Source: Chloroflexota bacterium (GTDB lineage: Bacteria; Chloroflexota; Limnocylindria; Limnocylindrales; CSP1-4). From it: 64,000 nucleotides of DNA. The stretch spans positions 10,812 to 74,811 of the forward strand of contig JAJYJO010000003.1 in assembly GCA_021789435.1 (NCBI GenBank), read 5' to 3'. The translations under genes and the position numbers were made by a program. Below are positions 41,591 through 51,621 of this stretch, piece by piece (positions within the stretch are counted from its first letter, which is position 1; every line of letters begins with the position of its first letter). The notes under the pieces were generated by a model. The model ran no database searches and had not been told where the DNA came from. It saw only the letters and a list, made by a program, of their open reading frames with translations.

Positions 41591-42115
41591 ATGCAGCCCC
41601 CCGAGAAGCCGTACCACATCAGCCAGATCGCGGTCGTCGTCAAGGACATCGACGCGGCGATGAAGACCTACCACGAGCTCTTCGGCTGGGGTCCCTGGAA
41701 CGTCTACGAGCACGTCCCGCCGAAGCTCCATGACCAGCATCTGCACGGCAACCCGGCGGATTTCTCCATGATCGGGGCGGAGTGCGAGGTCCAGCCGGGG
41801 CTCGTCTTCGAGCTGATCCAGCCGCTGGACGGCGATTCGATCTACAAGGAACACCTCGCCAGGCACGGCGAGGGCGTCCAGCACATCGCCCTGATGCATC
41901 ACAGCCAGGAGGAGTCGGACGCCTTCAAGAAGCGGTTCCAGGACGCCGGGTTCGAGATGACGATGGGCGGCCGGATCGGCGAGACGATCGAGTTCTACTA
42001 CATGGATACGACTCCGGCGGTCCACTTCGTCGCCGAATCCGGATCCGGCCATGCCATCGAGCTGACCCCCGTCCGGCAGTACCCGCCGGCGGATGCCACG
42101 GCCGGGACGAAGTAG
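41591..42115 (+). CDS. VOC-family protein (methylmalonyl-CoA epimerase/glyoxalase-like)
   Basis: QIAVVVKDIDAA...GWGPW, ELIQP..GDSIY.EHL..HGEGVQHIA. Confidence 0.88.
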   Translation: MQPPEKPYHISQIAVVVKDIDAAMKTYHELFGWGPWNVYEHVPPKLHDQHLHGNPADFSMIGAECEVQPGLVFELIQPLDGDSIYKEHLARHGEGVQHIALMHHSQEESDAFKKRFQDAGFEMTMGGRIGETIEFYYMDTTPAVHFVAESGSGHAIELTPVRQYPPADATAGTK

Positions 42116-42150
42116 CGCCGACGCGCCCCGCGTGATCCGGGGGCACATGC

Positions 42151-42957
42151 ATGCGTTTCGAGGCCCTGCGGGCGCGAGCCTGCGCCGCCAACCGGGCGAT
42201 CGCCGACGCCGGCCTGGTCATCCTGGCCTTCGGCAACGCGAGCGCCCTGGACCGGGCCGCCGGCGTCGTGGCCATCAAGCCGAGCGGAGTGCCCTGCGCG
42301 GGTCTCCGCCCCGATGAGGTGGTGGTCGTCTCGCTGGCCGACGGCCAAATGATCGAGGGTGAGGGGCGGCCGTCCTCCGACACGCCGACGCACCTGGCCC
42401 TCTACCGGGCCTTCCCGCGGATCGGCGGCGTCGTTCACACCCACTCACCCCAGGCCACGGCCTGGGCCCAGGCCGGCCGGCCCATCCCGTGCCTGGGGAC
42501 CACCCACGCCGATCACTTCCACGGTCCGGTCCCGGTCACCCGGCCGCTGCAGGCGGCCGAGGTGGCCGGCGACTATGAGGCCGGCACGGGCCGCGTGATC
42601 GTCGAGTGCGCCATCGGCGGCGGGCTCGATCCGGACGAGGTGCCGGCAGTACTCGTCGCCTCACACGGCCCCTTCACCTGGGGCCCGGACGTCGAGGGCG
42701 CCGTCGAGAACGCGATCGCGCTCGAGGCGGTGGCCGGCATGGCCCTGCGCACGATCCAGCTGGCGCCCGACGCGAGGGCGATCGCCGGCGGCCTCCTCGA
42801 GCGACACTACCGGCGCAAGCACGGCGCGGCCGCCTACTACGGCCAACCGGCCGGGAGCCCGGCCAGGGGGGTCGGGCCGCTCAGCTCAGACCCGCGACCC
42901 CATACAGCGGACGACCTCGAGCGGCTCACGGCCGGTCCGGAAGGCATGGGCGAGTGA
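42151..42957 (+). CDS. araD: L-ribulose-5-phosphate 4-epimerase
   Basis: GNAS, IKPSG, PSSDTPTH..LY, VHTHS, GTTHADHF, SHGPFTWG, HG..AYYGQ. Confidence 0.9.
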   Translation: MRFEALRARACAANRAIADAGLVILAFGNASALDRAAGVVAIKPSGVPCAGLRPDEVVVVSLADGQMIEGEGRPSSDTPTHLALYRAFPRIGGVVHTHSPQATAWAQAGRPIPCLGTTHADHFHGPVPVTRPLQAAEVAGDYEAGTGRVIVECAIGGGLDPDEVPAVLVASHGPFTWGPDVEGAVENAIALEAVAGMALRTIQLAPDARAIAGGLLERHYRRKHGAAAYYGQPAGSPARGVGPLSSDPRPHTADDLERLTAGPEGMGE

Positions 42958-43986
42958 GGCGGCGCAGGCGAAGGTGTCGCCCCGCCGGACGGCGAAGCTG
43001 CCGAGGTCGCCCTCGATCGCCCCGTCGCCGGCGGTGACCACCCCGACGTAGTAGCGGCCGTCCTCCAGGGCCAGCTCGGTCTGGACGTCCACGCGGCTCG
43101 CGTCGAAGAACGGGGGCCTGCTCGTCGCCGAAGAGGCGCACCTCCCGGTTGCCGCCCGTGTCACGCACGACCGTCGGCACCTGGCGCGCCCGGTCCAGGG
43201 CGGCCTGCCGGTCCGTCGGCGTGTAGTCGATCATCTCCAAAGCGAGGTCCCAGCCGAGACCCATCGTCGCGCCGTCCTGGTCCACCCCCGAGGTACTCCA
43301 CTCCGGGATGACGATGAAGTCGGTCGGCTCCTGGATCTCGATGAAGAGGAGGCGTGGGCCCAGGAAATGGGGCACACTCGCGGTCGCCACGAAGACGTCG
43401 CCCGGCTGGACTTCCGTGTGGTGGAGCATGGCCCGCAGCTCGGCCACGTCCTGCCGCTCGACCGCCGCCCGGAAGTCGTCCTTGGTTGCCCCGGGCTGGA
43501 ATCCGATCCCGGCATGGGCCGGCTCGGCCCATTGCCCGGCGTCTCGAGCAGGATCCAAGCCTCCTGCTTGCCGAAGCGCGACCCCAGGTGCCGCTCGGCC
43601 CAGGCTCGGGAGGGGTGGGCATGGAGCGGGACCGGGCCGGAAGGCGCCAGCAGCTTGACCAGGACGCCCGTGGTCACCCCCCAGCGCTCGACGAAGGGCG
43701 CTCCAAGCATCTCCTCGGGGTAGCGCTCGACGAGGGAACGCAGGGTGAAGGGTCCCAGGCCCTCGATCTCCACCCGGCTCAGCCCCTGTGGGCGGCCATC
43801 CGGGTCGGCGTTGCCCGCCTCCGTTACCGAGCCGACCCAGTCCTCCGACCACCAGTCGTCGGGGCTGCCTCCCAGGCCGCGGAACCGGCGGGTCAGCGAG
43901 CCACCCTCGTAGAAGCGGTAGAGGGGATGGTAGGCGAGCGACAGAGGCCGCCGGATGGCATCGTGTAGAGCATCGTGGTCGGGCAT
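42886..43986 (-). pseudogene. Cupin sugar-phosphate isomerase (mannose-6-phosphate isomerase type I-like), interrupted by two frameshifts
   Basis: SEDW, LVKLL, PLHAHP, GKQEAW in one frame; PGDVF...PH...EIQEPTD in another (shift near 43529); C-terminus back in the first frame (shift near 43114). Confidence 0.75.
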
Positions 43987-44070
43987 GCGCGCATGCTCGC
44001 ACGACCGGGCGGGGGATGGCTGACGCCCGGGCGGTGCCCGGGCGTCAGAAAGGTCGACCTGGCCCGCCAG

Positions 44071-44799
44071 TCAGAACGAGACGAGGGCGGGCGCCACCTG
44101 GGTCAGCATGAAGCGGGCGTTCTCGGCGGCCGCCTTGCCGTCGAAGACCGCGCTGCCGGTCACGATGATGTTCGGCCCCATCGCCGCGACGCGGGCCACG
44201 TTCTCGCGGGTGATGCCCCCGTCCACCCCGAGCAGGATCGGCCGACCGGAGCGGGCGATCACCTCCTTCGCCTCGGCCAGCCGTCGCTCGCTCGACTCGA
44301 GGAAACGCTGGCCGCTCCAGCCGGGGTTGATGGCCAGGACCAGGACGTACTCCAGCTCGTCGAGCAGCGGCTCGATCGCGGCCACGGGGGTTCCCGGGTT
44401 GAGGGCGACACCCCGGATGATCCCCCGCTCCGGGTCGTTGGCGTTGGTCGCCACGCCGAGCGCCTGGAGGACACGGTGGGGATGGCGGGTACTCTCGACG
44501 TGGAAGGTGACCAGGTCCGCGCCCGCCTTCACGAAGTCGCCGAGCTTCTCGAGCGGCTCGTCGATCATGAGGTGGGCGTCCTTGAGCAGGACGGGCGAGC
44601 GGATCGCCCGGATGAGGGGCGGGCCGACGGTCATCGTCGGGCAGAAGACGCCGTCCATGACGTCGATGTGGACCAGTTCCACGCCGGCGTCCTCCAGGAG
44701 CCGGACCTCGGAGCCGAGGTTGGCCAGGTCCGCGGTGATGATCCCGACCGTGAGGTGCGGCCGGCCGTCGAGCAGGGGCAGATGCGCGGTGGTCGCCAT
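44071..44799 (-). CDS. Ribulose-phosphate 3-epimerase family protein (LsrE-like)
   Basis: HIDVMDGVFCP..TVGP, DAHLMI, FHVES, LNPGTP, NPGWSGQ, VDGGI, VTGSAVF. Confidence 0.88.
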   Translation of the reverse strand: MATTAHLPLLDGRPHLTVGIITADLANLGSEVRLLEDAGVELVHIDVMDGVFCPTMTVGPPLIRAIRSPVLLKDAHLMIDEPLEKLGDFVKAGADLVTFHVESTRHPHRVLQALGVATNANDPERGIIRGVALNPGTPVAAIEPLLDELEYVLVLAINPGWSGQRFLESSERRLAEAKEVIARSGRPILLGVDGGITRENVARVAAMGPNIIVTGSAVFDGKAAAENARFMLTQVAPALVSF

Positions 44800-44808
44800 G
44801 GCCGGCCC

Positions 44809-45708
44809 CTAGACCCCGAGGGGCTCCGGGACGGGGGCGTGGCGGAGGGTCTCGTAGAGCTCGAGGGCCTGGCGCGGCGGCAGGCCCTCGTGGACGGCCT
44901 TCCGGACCGCGGCGAGCATGGCCCCGGGCGCGTCGCTCTGGAAGATGTTGCGGCCCATGTCCACGCCCGCGGCGCCCTCCTGGACCGCCCGGTGAGCCAT
45001 CTCGAGCGCCTCGAGCTCCGGCAGCTTCTTGCCGCCGGCCATCACGATCGGGACCGGGCAGGAGGCGGTGACCGTCTCGAAGTCCTCATCGCAGTAGTAG
45101 GTCTTGACCACCTGGGCGCCGAGCTCGGCGATGATCCGGCAGGCCAGGCGCAGGTACTTGGCGTCCCGTGTCAGCTCCCGGCCGACCGCGGTCACCCCGA
45201 GGACCGGCAGGCCGTAGCGCAGCCCGGCGTCGACGAGGCGGGTCATGTTGTGGACGGTCTTGGTCTCCATGGGGCCGCCGACGAAGACCTGGACGCCGAC
45301 GCCGCAGGCGCCGAGGCGCAGGGCGTCCTCGACGTCGAGGGCGATCTCCTCGTCGGAGAGTTCCTTGAGGATCGAAGGGCCGCCGGACGCCCGCAGGAAG
45401 AAGGGGACGCGGCTCGCCGGGGGCACGACCGAGCGCAGGATGCCCCGGGTCAGGAAGAGCGCGTCGACCTGCGGCACGAGCGGCAGGATGCTGACGTCGA
45501 CTCGCTCGAGACCGGTCGTCGGACCCTGGAAGTAGCCGTGGTCGATGGCCAGCATGACCGTCCGCCCCGAGGCCGGGTCGAAGACCCGGGCGAGGCGGTT
45601 CTGCATCCCCCAGTCGTAGGCGCCTGAGCCCTTCAGGAAGAAGGCCTCGCGGCGCTGGGGGACGCCCTCGTAGAACTGCTTGAGTTCGCTGCTGTCGGCT
45701 TCCGGCAT
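44809..45708 (-). CDS. lsrF: 3-hydroxy-5-phosphonooxypentane-2,4-dione thiolase
   Basis: FFLKG....[50 protein letters not shown]. Confidence 0.92.
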   Translation of the reverse strand: MPEADSSELKQFYEGVPQRREAFFLKGSGAYDWGMQNRLARVFDPASGRTVMLAIDHGYFQGPTTGLERVDVSILPLVPQVDALFLTRGILRSVVPPASRVPFFLRASGGPSILKELSDEEIALDVEDALRLGACGVGVQVFVGGPMETKTVHNMTRLVDAGLRYGLPVLGVTAVGRELTRDAKYLRLACRIIAELGAQVVKTYYCDEDFETVTASCPVPIVMAGGKKLPELEALEMAHRAVQEGAAGVDMGRNIFQSDAPGAMLAAVRKAVHEGLPPRQALELYETLRHAPVPEPLGV

Positions 45709-45778
45709 CGGGTTCCTCCCGGCTGATGGTCCCCTGGCTGGGCGATGGATGACGCGGCGAGCGGTCGGTCGGGCCGGC

Positions 45779-47344
45779 TCAGGCGCCGGCGGGCCACCAG
45801 AGCGGCCGGACGAGGCCACTCTCGGTGATGGCGAGGAGGCGCAGGTAGACCTCCCGCCAGCGTTCGTAGAGCTGTGCGTAGGCGGCGTGCGTGGTGGAAT
45901 CCGGCTCGTAGGTCTTCTCGAAGCGGGCGACGCGTTCGGCCAGGCCTGCCAGGTCGTCGTGGAGGCCGGCCCCGACCGCCGCGCAGAGGGCTGCCCCGAG
46001 GGCCGTCGATTCCCTGACGACCGGCACTTTGACCCGGACCCCGAGGACGTCCGCGACGATCTGCGGCCAGAGCCGGCCCTTGGAGCCCCCACCGGTGAAG
46101 ACGATCTCCTCGACTGGCTGGCCGGTCAGGCTCTCGATGATGCGGAGATGCCCCAGCGAGGCGTAGGCGGCGCTCTCCTCGACGGCACGGATGCATTCCC
46201 GCCGCCCGGAACGGGCCGGGTTCTCGATGTTGAAGCCGATGAAGGCGGGCGACGACTGGACCCAGCGCTTGGCATCCATCACGTTTGAGAAGACCGGCAC
46301 GATGCCGTTGGCGCCGGGGGCCACGGCGGCCGCCTCCTCCTCCATGACCACGAACGGGTCCACGTCACGCCGGGCGGCCTCTGCCTTCTCGAAGTCGCAG
46401 AAGGCATCGCGGAACCAGCGCATCGTGAGCCCGCCGTAGAAGGCGATCCCTTCGGCCATCCACTGGCCCGGCAGGACGTGGCAGAGCGTGCGCAGACGCG
46501 CCTCCGGATCGATCAGCGGGCGATCCACCACCACGGTCGTCTGCCAGAAGCTGCCCCCGACGAGGGTGACCTCGCCGGGGCGAGTCCGGCCGATGCCGAG
46601 CAGCCCGAGCTGGGTGTCGGCGCCACCGACGACGACCGGCGTCCCCTCGGAAAGGCCGGTCTCGGCGGCCGCACGGGCGGTCAGGGGCCCGAGCACCGTG
46701 CCCGGATCGCGGACCGTCGGGAAGACGTCGGGCGAGAGCCCGCACAGCTCGATGATCTGCGGCGACCACGTCGCGCGGGCCAGGTCGAACATCCCCGAGC
46801 TTGCGCCCACCGAGGGATCGGTCCCATACACCCCGGTCAGCTTCGTGAGGACCCAGTCGCTGAGCATGCCGGCGTGGGCCACGCGGGCGAAGAGTTCCGC
46901 CTCGTGGCGCTGGATCCAGAGCAGGCGGGCCGGGGAAGTGATCGAGACCCAGTCGCCCCCCTTGTCGTAGATCCGCCGGGCGGCCCCGGAGCGGACCAGC
47001 TCGGTCGCCTCCTCCGCCGCCCGCGAGTCGACGTTCGGGCAGGCCCAGAGCTCCCGGCCGTCGGCGTCGTACAGGACGATCCCCTCGCGCATGCTGGTGC
47101 TGCTGACCGCGGCGATCGCGGAGCCGGACAGGCCGCTCTCGGCGAGCGCCTCGCGGGTGCAGGCGCAGATGAGCTGCCAGTTGCCCGCCGTGTCGAAGAC
47201 CTGCGAGCCCGGCACCCCCGGGAGCGCGGCGTGCGACCACTCTCGCTGGGCCATCGCCACCTGGTTGCCGTCGCCATCGAAGACCAGGGCGCGGCAGCTC
47301 CCGGTCCCCAGATCCACCGCCATCACGTACTGGCGCTCAGGCAT
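45779..47344 (-). CDS. lsrK: FGGY kinase, autoinducer-2 kinase-like
   Basis: [52 protein letters not shown], terminal LWWPAGA; adjacent to lsrF. Confidence 0.82.
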   Translation of the reverse strand: MPERQYVMAVDLGTGSCRALVFDGDGNQVAMAQREWSHAALPGVPGSQVFDTAGNWQLICACTREALAESGLSGSAIAAVSSTSMREGIVLYDADGRELWACPNVDSRAAEEATELVRSGAARRIYDKGGDWVSITSPARLLWIQRHEAELFARVAHAGMLSDWVLTKLTGVYGTDPSVGASSGMFDLARATWSPQIIELCGLSPDVFPTVRDPGTVLGPLTARAAAETGLSEGTPVVVGGADTQLGLLGIGRTRPGEVTLVGGSFWQTTVVVDRPLIDPEARLRTLCHVLPGQWMAEGIAFYGGLTMRWFRDAFCDFEKAEAARRDVDPFVVMEEEAAAVAPGANGIVPVFSNVMDAKRWVQSSPAFIGFNIENPARSGRRECIRAVEESAAYASLGHLRIIESLTGQPVEEIVFTGGGSKGRLWPQIVADVLGVRVKVPVVRESTALGAALCAAVGAGLHDDLAGLAERVARFEKTYEPDSTTHAAYAQLYERWREVYLRLLAITESGLVRPLWWPAGA

Positions 47345-48416
47345 GGGCGGCCACCTTCTCCAGCGTGGCCCGGTTGGCCACGTTCAGGAGCGGCTCGCCG
47401 GTGGCCAGCCGCTCGATCTCCGCGGCGGCCATCTCCCCGCCGTGGGCCAGGGTCTCCTGGGTGGCGCCGCCGATGTGGGTGGCGAGGACCACGTTGGGGG
47501 AATCGAGGAGGCGATGGCGCCGTCCGAGCTCGGGTGGCTTGCTCAGATCGGGCGCCTTCACGACGTCGAAGGCGGCTCCCGCCAGGTGCCCGGAGCGGAG
47601 GGCCTCGTGGACGGCGTCCTCGTCGAGGAGCGTGTCGCGGGCCGTGTTGATCACGAACGCGCCGTCCTTCATCCGGGCGACCTGCTCCCGGCCGATCATC
47701 CCCCGGTTGTCGGCCGTGGCTCGGGCGTGGAGGGAGACGAAGTCGGCAGCCTCGAGGAGGTCGTTCAGGTCCGTCGGCTCCGCGCCGACCTCCCGGATGC
47801 GGGCTGGGTCGACGAACGGGTCGTGGGCCAGGACCCGCATGCCGAGGGCTCGTGCCACGACGGCGACCCGCCGGCCGATCTGGCCGAACCCGACCAGCCC
47901 AAGGACGTGGCCTTCCAGGTCGTGACCCAGCCACTTCGCACCCTCGTAGTTGTCCCGACCAAGCTCGCCCCCGCCCTCGAGATACCGCATCACCTCCGGC
48001 AGCCGGCGGGCGAGCATGACCATGAAGGCGATCGTCAGCTCGACCACGGCCTGGGCGTTCTTGCCGGGGGTGACGACGACGGGGATGCCGCGCTCCGTGG
48101 CGGCTTCCATGTCGACGTTGACCGGGCCGCCGCGGGCGACGCAGATCAGGCGCAGCTCTGGGGCGGCGTCGATTACCTCGCGGGTCACCGGCGCGCCCTG
48201 GACCACGAGCACCTCCGTCCGATCGAGACGGTCGATCACCTGGCGCGGGCTGCCAAGGAACTCGCGGATTCGCTGCTCCGACGGCGTCGTCGGGCGGAAG
48301 TCGGGCTCGTCGTCGACGTCGAAGCAGGTGACGTCATGTCGGTCGCAAAGCCGCTCGATCGCCGGGCCGAGCGCCCGCCAGGGGCAGAAAGAGTCACCGG
48401 CCACCAGGATCTTCAT
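47337..48416 (-). CDS. D-isomer-specific 2-hydroxyacid dehydrogenase family protein
   Basis: RGGPVNVD, PGKNA.AV.E, GLVGFGQIG, SLHAR, INTAR, HIGGAT. Confidence 0.9.
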   Translation of the reverse strand: MKILVAGDSFCPWRALGPAIERLCDRHDVTCFDVDDEPDFRPTTPSEQRIREFLGSPRQVIDRLDRTEVLVVQGAPVTREVIDAAPELRLICVARGGPVNVDMEAATERGIPVVVTPGKNAQAVVELTIAFMVMLARRLPEVMRYLEGGGELGRDNYEGAKWLGHDLEGHVLGLVGFGQIGRRVAVVARALGMRVLAHDPFVDPARIREVGAEPTDLNDLLEAADFVSLHARATADNRGMIGREQVARMKDGAFVINTARDTLLDEDAVHEALRSGHLAGAAFDVVKAPDLSKPPELGRRHRLLDSPNVVLATHIGGATQETLAHGGEMAAAEIERLATGEPLLNVANRATLEKVAAHA

Positions 48417-48470
48417 CGTTCGGCCCCCTGCGCATCATGATTCGGGGCACTGACGCCCGCCGGAGGCGCC

Positions 48471-48505
48471 CGGAAAGATTGTGCCAGTCACGTCAAGGTC
48501 GTGCC
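48471..48505 (-). repeat. 35-bp promoter/operator element, copy 2 (inverted relative to copy 1)
   Basis: Minus strand GGCACGaccTTGACgtGACTGGCACAATCTTTCCG, 54 nt upstream of ATG 48416. Confidence 0.85.
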
Positions 48506-48540
48506 GCGGCGCGGGGCACCGGCGCGACCGATGGCCCGGG

Positions 48541-49329
48541 TCACAGCTCCGCGTTGACGATGAAGCCCGCGTCGGTCAGCAGGGTCGCGCAGGTGACATA
48601 ACTGGCGTCGTCGCTCAGCAGGAAGGCGATGGCGCCCGCCATCTCCTCCGGCTCGCCCGGCCGATGGATCGCGATCCGGTCGATGTAGTACTTCCACACC
48701 TCGGGTGCGGCGTCGAACATGGGGGCGCTCATGTTGGTCTTGATCCAGCCCGGCTCGACGGCATTCACCCGGATCCCATGGGCGCCGACAACGGAGCCGA
48801 GGGCCTTAGCCCACATCGAGATGCCGCCCTTCGTCGCGCAGTAGGCCGTCTGGTATGGCGCGCCGACGTGGGCCGAGATCGAACTGACGCAGACGATCGC
48901 GCCGCCATTGCCGAAGGCCTTCATCTGCTTGGCGGCCTCGGTCGTGACGACCCACGTGCCGCGCAGGTTCGTCTCGCAGATCGCATTGAAGTCCTCGAGC
49001 GTCGCCTCGTCCCAGGCCAGGAACGGGTTGATCGCGGCGTTCGAGACGACGTAGTCGAAGCGGCCGCCGCGCTTGGCGACCTCCTGGACCATCTCGACGA
49101 CCTGCTGCGGGTTCCGCATGTCGGCGACGACCGGGAAGCCCTGGCCGCCGGCCTCCTTGATCCGCCGCAGCGTCTCGGTCGGGTCGCCGGTCGGCTTCTG
49201 ATTGACCCCGACGAGGGCACCCTCTGCGGCCAGGCGGACCGCGATCGCCTGGCCGATGCCGTTGGTGGCACCGGTGACGAGGGCGACCTTCCCCTCGAAT
49301 CGCTTGCCGGTGATCGGAGTGGCTGCCAT
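48541..49329 (-). CDS. Short-chain dehydrogenase/reductase
   Basis: TGATNGIG, SNAAI, YCATK, RVNAVEPG; ATG 49329 after AGGAGG. Confidence 0.92.
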   Translation of the reverse strand: MAATPITGKRFEGKVALVTGATNGIGQAIAVRLAAEGALVGVNQKPTGDPTETLRRIKEAGGQGFPVVADMRNPQQVVEMVQEVAKRGGRFDYVVSNAAINPFLAWDEATLEDFNAICETNLRGTWVVTTEAAKQMKAFGNGGAIVCVSSISAHVGAPYQTAYCATKGGISMWAKALGSVVGAHGIRVNAVEPGWIKTNMSAPMFDAAPEVWKYYIDRIAIHRPGEPEEMAGAIAFLLSDDASYVTCATLLTDAGFIVNAEL

Positions 49330-49362
49330 GCCGGTCCTCCTTCTCCGGCCCACCGGGCCGGG

Positions 49363-50121
49363 TCAGTGCATCCCGCGGCCGCCCGCCACGATGAGCAGCT
49401 CGCCGGTGATGAAGTCGGCGTCCGCGGAGGCGAGGAAGAGGGCCGCGGCGGCGATGTCGCCGGGTGTGCCCCACCGCCGCAGCGCCGTCTCGTCGAGGAT
49501 CCGCTGCTGGGTCTCGGGATCGATCTCCTCCACCATGTCGGTCCGGATCCAGCCCGGGCAGATCGCGTTCACCGTGATCTGGGGCCCGAACGCGAGCGCC
49601 ATGGCCTTGGTCAGGCCGTTCAGACCGGCCTTCGAGACCACGTACTCCGTGAAACGCATCGCCGAGGGGTGGTAGAGACCGGAGTTCGAGGACACGTTGA
49701 TGATCCGGCCGGCCCCCTGGCGGATCATCACCGGCGCGACCTCCTTGGAGCAGAGGTAGGCGCCCTTGAGATTGACGTCGATGGTCCGGTCCCAGTCGCC
49801 CTCGGTGGTCTCGAGGACGCCCTTGGCGACCATGACGCCGGCGTTGTTGACGAGGATGTCGACCCGGCCGAAGCGGTCGAGCGCGGCTCGGACCAGCCGC
49901 CGGACCTCGGCGCTCTGCGAGACGTCGGCCTGGACCGCGAGCGCCTCGCCGCCGGCCGCCTCGATCGCCGTGCCGGCGGCAGCCGCCCCCTCCCCTCCCT
50001 GGATGTAGTTGACGACGACCCGCGCACCTTCGGCGCCGAACCGCTCCGCGATCGCCCGGCCGATCCCCCGCGACGCACCGGTGACGATCGCGACCTTGCC
50101 TGCCAGACGCTGCTCGGTCAT
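49363..50121 (-). CDS. Short-chain dehydrogenase/reductase
   Basis: TGASRGIG, NNAG, YVVSK, VNAICPG; ATG 50121. Confidence 0.92.
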   Translation of the reverse strand: MTEQRLAGKVAIVTGASRGIGRAIAERFGAEGARVVVNYIQGGEGAAAAGTAIEAAGGEALAVQADVSQSAEVRRLVRAALDRFGRVDILVNNAGVMVAKGVLETTEGDWDRTIDVNLKGAYLCSKEVAPVMIRQGAGRIINVSSNSGLYHPSAMRFTEYVVSKAGLNGLTKAMALAFGPQITVNAICPGWIRTDMVEEIDPETQQRILDETALRRWGTPGDIAAAALFLASADADFITGELLIVAGGRGMH

Positions 50122-50331
50122 GCCGTGCCCTCCCAACCCGCAACGGACTCCGACGTGCTCGGGCGCCGACCGCCCTGTCCCTTCCGGCGCCACCTGCGCC
50201 GCGATTCTATGGCGGCGGGCGGGCGACCGCAGGCCGGGTGTGGCAATACCTTGAGCGGTGGCGCACGATCCTTCCGCGTCTCCCCTCAGGGCGCTCGCCT
50301 GCCGCCTCGGCCGGGCCGTGGTCGGAGTCGG

Positions 50332-51570
50332 TCAGTCCGGGAAGGCTTCCGGCCCGCGCTCCGCGAGCTCAAGCGCCTCAGCCGGGGCCTCGATCCGCTC
50401 CGGCGGCAGCCAGCTGAAGGGGTAGCGCGGGTCCTCCAGGGCGGTCGCCTGCCGGGTCAGCCGGAGCGGCCGGAACGTGTCGACCATCACCGCCAGTTCC
50501 TCGGTCGCCTCCTTGCCGATCGAGGCCTCGGCCGTCCCGGGATGGGGCCCGTGGGGGATGCCGGCCGGGTGGACCGTCAGCGATGCGACCTCGACCCCCC
50601 GCCGGCTCATGAAGTTGCCGGCGACGTAGTAGATGACCTCGTCCGAGTTGATGTTCGAGTGGTTGTAGGGCGCGGGGATGGCGAGCGGGTGGTAGTCGAA
50701 CTTGCGGGGGACGAAGGAGCAGACGACGAAGTTGTGGCCCTGGAACGTCTGGTGGACCGGCGGCGGCTGGTGGACGCGGCCGGTGATCGGCTGGAAGTCG
50801 CCGATGTTGAAGGCGAACGGCCAGAGGTAGCCGTCCCAGCCGACCAGGTCGAACGGGTGATGGCGGTAGTGGTAGGCGGTCAGGCGGCCGCCTGCCTTGA
50901 CCAGGATCGTGAAATTACCCTCGTCGCTCTGGGGCGACGATTCCTCCGGCGGCCGGAGGTCGCGCTGGGAGTAGGGGCTGTGCTCGAGCAGCTGGCCGTA
51001 GTCGTTGCGATAGCGGCGCGGCGGCTCGATCTCCGACGGCGTCTCCAGCCAGAGCATCCGCTGTGGGCTGTCGGGATCGGGCTCCAGGCGCCAGGTTGTC
51101 CCTATCGGCAGGACCAGGTAGTCGCCCGGCCCGTAGGCCAGTGGCCCGAAGACCGTCCGGCAGACACCCCGCCCCTGGTGGACGAACAGGAGCTCGTCCG
51201 CCTCCCCGTTGCGATAGAAGGTGCCGAGCGGCGGCGGCCCGGCCGGTCGCACCACGCCCATGGTGACGTCGGCGTTGAAGAGCAGCGGCACGCGACCGGT
51301 CACGACGTCGCCACGCGGGTCGAGGCCACCCGTCTTCAGCAGGCGATGCCGATGCGGGCCCTCCTCCACAGCCGGGTCCGCCTCCACGATCACGCGACCC
51401 GCGGCCTCGATGGCGTGGGTGCGGGTCGGCGGCACCAGGTGGTAGAGGAGCGAGCTGCGGCCGGCGAAACCCTCGACGCCGAACAGCTCCTCGGCCCGGA
51501 GGGTGCCGGCCGAGTCGCGGAGCTGGGTGTGGCGCTGGCGGGGAACCTCACCCCGGCGAACGTAGTACAT
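50332..51570 (-). CDS. hmgA: Homogentisate 1,2-dioxygenase
   Basis: G.VP.QRH, EELFG.EGF, PFDLVGWDG, HQPPPVH, PYNHSNINSDE, HGPHPG, ELAVMVDTF. Confidence 0.93.
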   Translation of the reverse strand: MYYVRRGEVPRQRHTQLRDSAGTLRAEELFGVEGFAGRSSLLYHLVPPTRTHAIEAAGRVIVEADPAVEEGPHRHRLLKTGGLDPRGDVVTGRVPLLFNADVTMGVVRPAGPPPLGTFYRNGEADELLFVHQGRGVCRTVFGPLAYGPGDYLVLPIGTTWRLEPDPDSPQRMLWLETPSEIEPPRRYRNDYGQLLEHSPYSQRDLRPPEESSPQSDEGNFTILVKAGGRLTAYHYRHHPFDLVGWDGYLWPFAFNIGDFQPITGRVHQPPPVHQTFQGHNFVVCSFVPRKFDYHPLAIPAPYNHSNINSDEVIYYVAGNFMSRRGVEVASLTVHPAGIPHGPHPGTAEASIGKEATEELAVMVDTFRPLRLTRQATALEDPRYPFSWLPPERIEAPAEALELAERGPEAFPD

Positions 51571-51621
51571 GGTGCCTCCTGCGGCTTCAGCCGGCGGGCC
51601 GCGGGCGACCCCGCCGCGCAC

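Noticed and set aside
41458-48505. Transposon terminal inverted repeats around the 7 kb segment
   Set aside because: No transposase or recombinase in the window and no target-site duplication evident; the position upstream of start codons fits a regulatory role better.
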